64,000 bases of DNA from Octopus sinensis (Eukaryota): positions 13,826,001 to 13,890,000 of the forward strand of contig NC_043003.1 in NCBI RefSeq assembly GCF_006345805.1, read 5' to 3'. This document shows, in pieces, positions 62,316 through 64,000 of this stretch. Each line of letters begins with the position of its first letter. The stretch's first letter is position 1. The translations under genes and the position numbers were made by a program. The notes under the pieces were generated by a model. That model worked only from the letters and a program-made list of their open reading frames with translations, was not told where the DNA came from and made no database searches.

Positions 62316-62449
62316 CTATTATAGCAGGCTGTAGTCAAAAAAAGCAGAACATTCAGTGAAAAATTCCCTGATGGAATAAAGTCATGTTTCAGTGGATGAT
62401 GGTTCATTCTCTGAACACCTGCTGCAAGAAGTGCCCATCATTGCCACAT
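62316..62449 (-). other. Candidate non-coding exon, 134 nt
   Basis: Long pyrimidine tract and GCACAG acceptor; TAG|GTAACA donor; stops in all three frames. Confidence 0.3.
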
Positions 62450-62667
62450 CTGTGCAAAAGAGCATTTATAAAGACACAAAAGAAAGAAAATGGAAATTAC
62501 TTGATTCCTTATGCGCGACGATTGTTTTGACCCAGCAGTGCAGATATTTGTGGTACATCACAGATGCAGATGTCCACGGAAGATTCATTTGCCTTTTTGC
62601 TCTTTTACATATCAATACATTTTTTGTACTAGTGACGTACTCATCATCTACATAAGGAATAGATATA

Positions 62668-63054
62668 TGTATCGTGGAACTCCGTCGGTTATGACGACGA
62701 GGGTTCCAGTTGATCTGATCAATGGAACAGCCTGCTCGTTAAATTAATGTGCAAGTGGCTGAGCACTCCACAGTCACATGTACCCGTAACAGAGTTCTCG
62801 GGGAGATTCAGTGTGACACAGAGTGTGACAAGGCTGACCCTTTGAAATACAGGTACAACAAGAACAAGAAGAAAGAGTGTGAGAAAGGTAAAGTAAAAGA
62901 GTATAGCAGGGTTCGCCACCATCCCCTGCCGGAGCCTCATGGTGCTTTAGGTGTTTTTCCTCAATAAACACTCACAACGCCTGGTCTGGAAATCAAAACC
63001 GCAATCCCACAACTGTGAGTTCACTGGCCTAACCACTGGGCCATTGCGCTTCCA
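62668..63054 (-). mobile_element. SINE family D, full length
   Basis: Reverse complement of the 31927-32320 family. Confidence 0.85.
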
Positions 63055-63062
63055 TAATATAT

Positions 63063-63105
<43 letters not shown>

Positions 63106-63245
63106 CACACATACATAAATATATATGTATGTATGCGTTTATATATATGTGCGTGTATATATATATATATATATATATATATGCAAATTTGTATATATAC
63201 ATATATATACTTTATATATATGTATGCATATATATGTGTGTGTGG

Positions 63246-63280
<35 letters not shown>

Positions 63281-63300
63281 TATATGTATATATACATATG

Positions 63301-63340
<40 letters not shown>

Positions 63341-63442
63341 ATATGTATGTATATATATATATGTACATATGTATATATATATGTATATATATTCCTGAAA
63401 GTAAAAACGGAGAGAGAAATAGCAGTTAAAATAAGTACTTAC

Positions 63443-63537
63443 CAAGTTAGAAGATGGATGTAATAACTTGACGTAAATATGAAATTCCTCATTGCTTTTT
63501 CTTTAGAAATGTCCAATTGCAAATTGAAAAGACTAAT
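63443..63537 (-). other. Candidate exon, 95 nt (UTR or coding)
   Basis: TTTCTTTCTTTCTTGCAG acceptor and TTG|GTAAGT donor; one open frame [31 protein letters not shown]. Confidence 0.5.
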
Positions 63538-63809
63538 CTGCAAGAAAGAAAGAAAGAAATACACACATAAATATAAATAATAACATTTGCAGATTAGGAG
63601 ATCAGATGCAGAATTAATAATTGTGTCTTACGTATGTAGAAAGTTGCAAACTTAAAACTAGAAAGTTGTAGTGTATTAATATATTATTAGAAAAGTTCTG
63701 TTTGTTGAGCCTGGGGAAGTCAAAACTGAAGTCAGCCCACAGAATGGCTTGAAAAGGGAAAGTAATTAATAACTACAAAAGAGCTTTGATTTACTGATCT
63801 TTCAGTAAC

Positions 63810-63975
63810 GGCATGTGGCTTAGTGCTTGCTGTGAGATCATGGTTTCAATTCCTCGACCGGGTGGTGCCCAGTGTTCTTGAGCAGAATGGTTTTTTTTTT
63901 TTCCACTCTGTTCCAGTCTGTTCTCTCAGTTTTAAATGAATGACTCTGTGATGGACTAGCATCCTGTCCAGGGAA
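63810..63975 (+). mobile_element. Decayed CORE-like/E-tail SINE
   Basis: GGCATGTGGCTTAGTG...GGTTTCAATTCC...TGTGATGGACTAGCATCCTGTCCAGG. Confidence 0.65.
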
Positions 63976-64000
63976 ATGTGATTTTGGTCACTCACACACC

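Noticed and set aside
62392-62655. 87-aa protein-looking ORF (MDDGSFSEHLLQEV...)
   Set aside because: No recognisable family, GTG start and a weak donor; splice signals favour the opposite strand.

Overview
This is repeat-saturated, AT-rich eukaryotic genomic DNA, most likely octopus (inferred from the SINE families and extreme microsatellite load, not verified). It contains no intact protein-coding gene, and nearly all ORFs in the track are translations of microsatellites or SINEs. Recurrent SINE families are labelled here: A (tRNA-like head GGCGGCGAGCTGGCAGAAACGTTAG, body GCCTTTCATCCTTTCGGGGTCGATAAA); B (CORE-type, ACCTTGGGCAAGTGTCTTCTAC); C (RTE-type 3' tail, GGTTGGCGTTAGGAAGGGCATCCAG...(GAT)n); and D/E/I (tRNA-Arg-like heads with different tails). 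Also present are two TTAA-flanked piggyBac-like MITE families, one hAT-like MITE, two Helentron/DINE-like elements, and decayed RTE, CR1/Jockey-type LINE and mariner fragments. A few candidate exons have good splice signals. The most notable signal is a set of minimal hammerhead-ribozyme (HHR) motifs, probably Penelope-derived. They include a ~350-bp near-perfect palindrome carrying the same HHR on both strands, a second HHR-bearing inverted repeat, and a multi-copy family with a shared non-canonical core (A6->U). There is also an 82-bp tandem array built from a SINE tRNA head, and a SINE flanked by a ~150-bp duplication. Coordinates of decayed repeats are approximate (about +/-10 bp).
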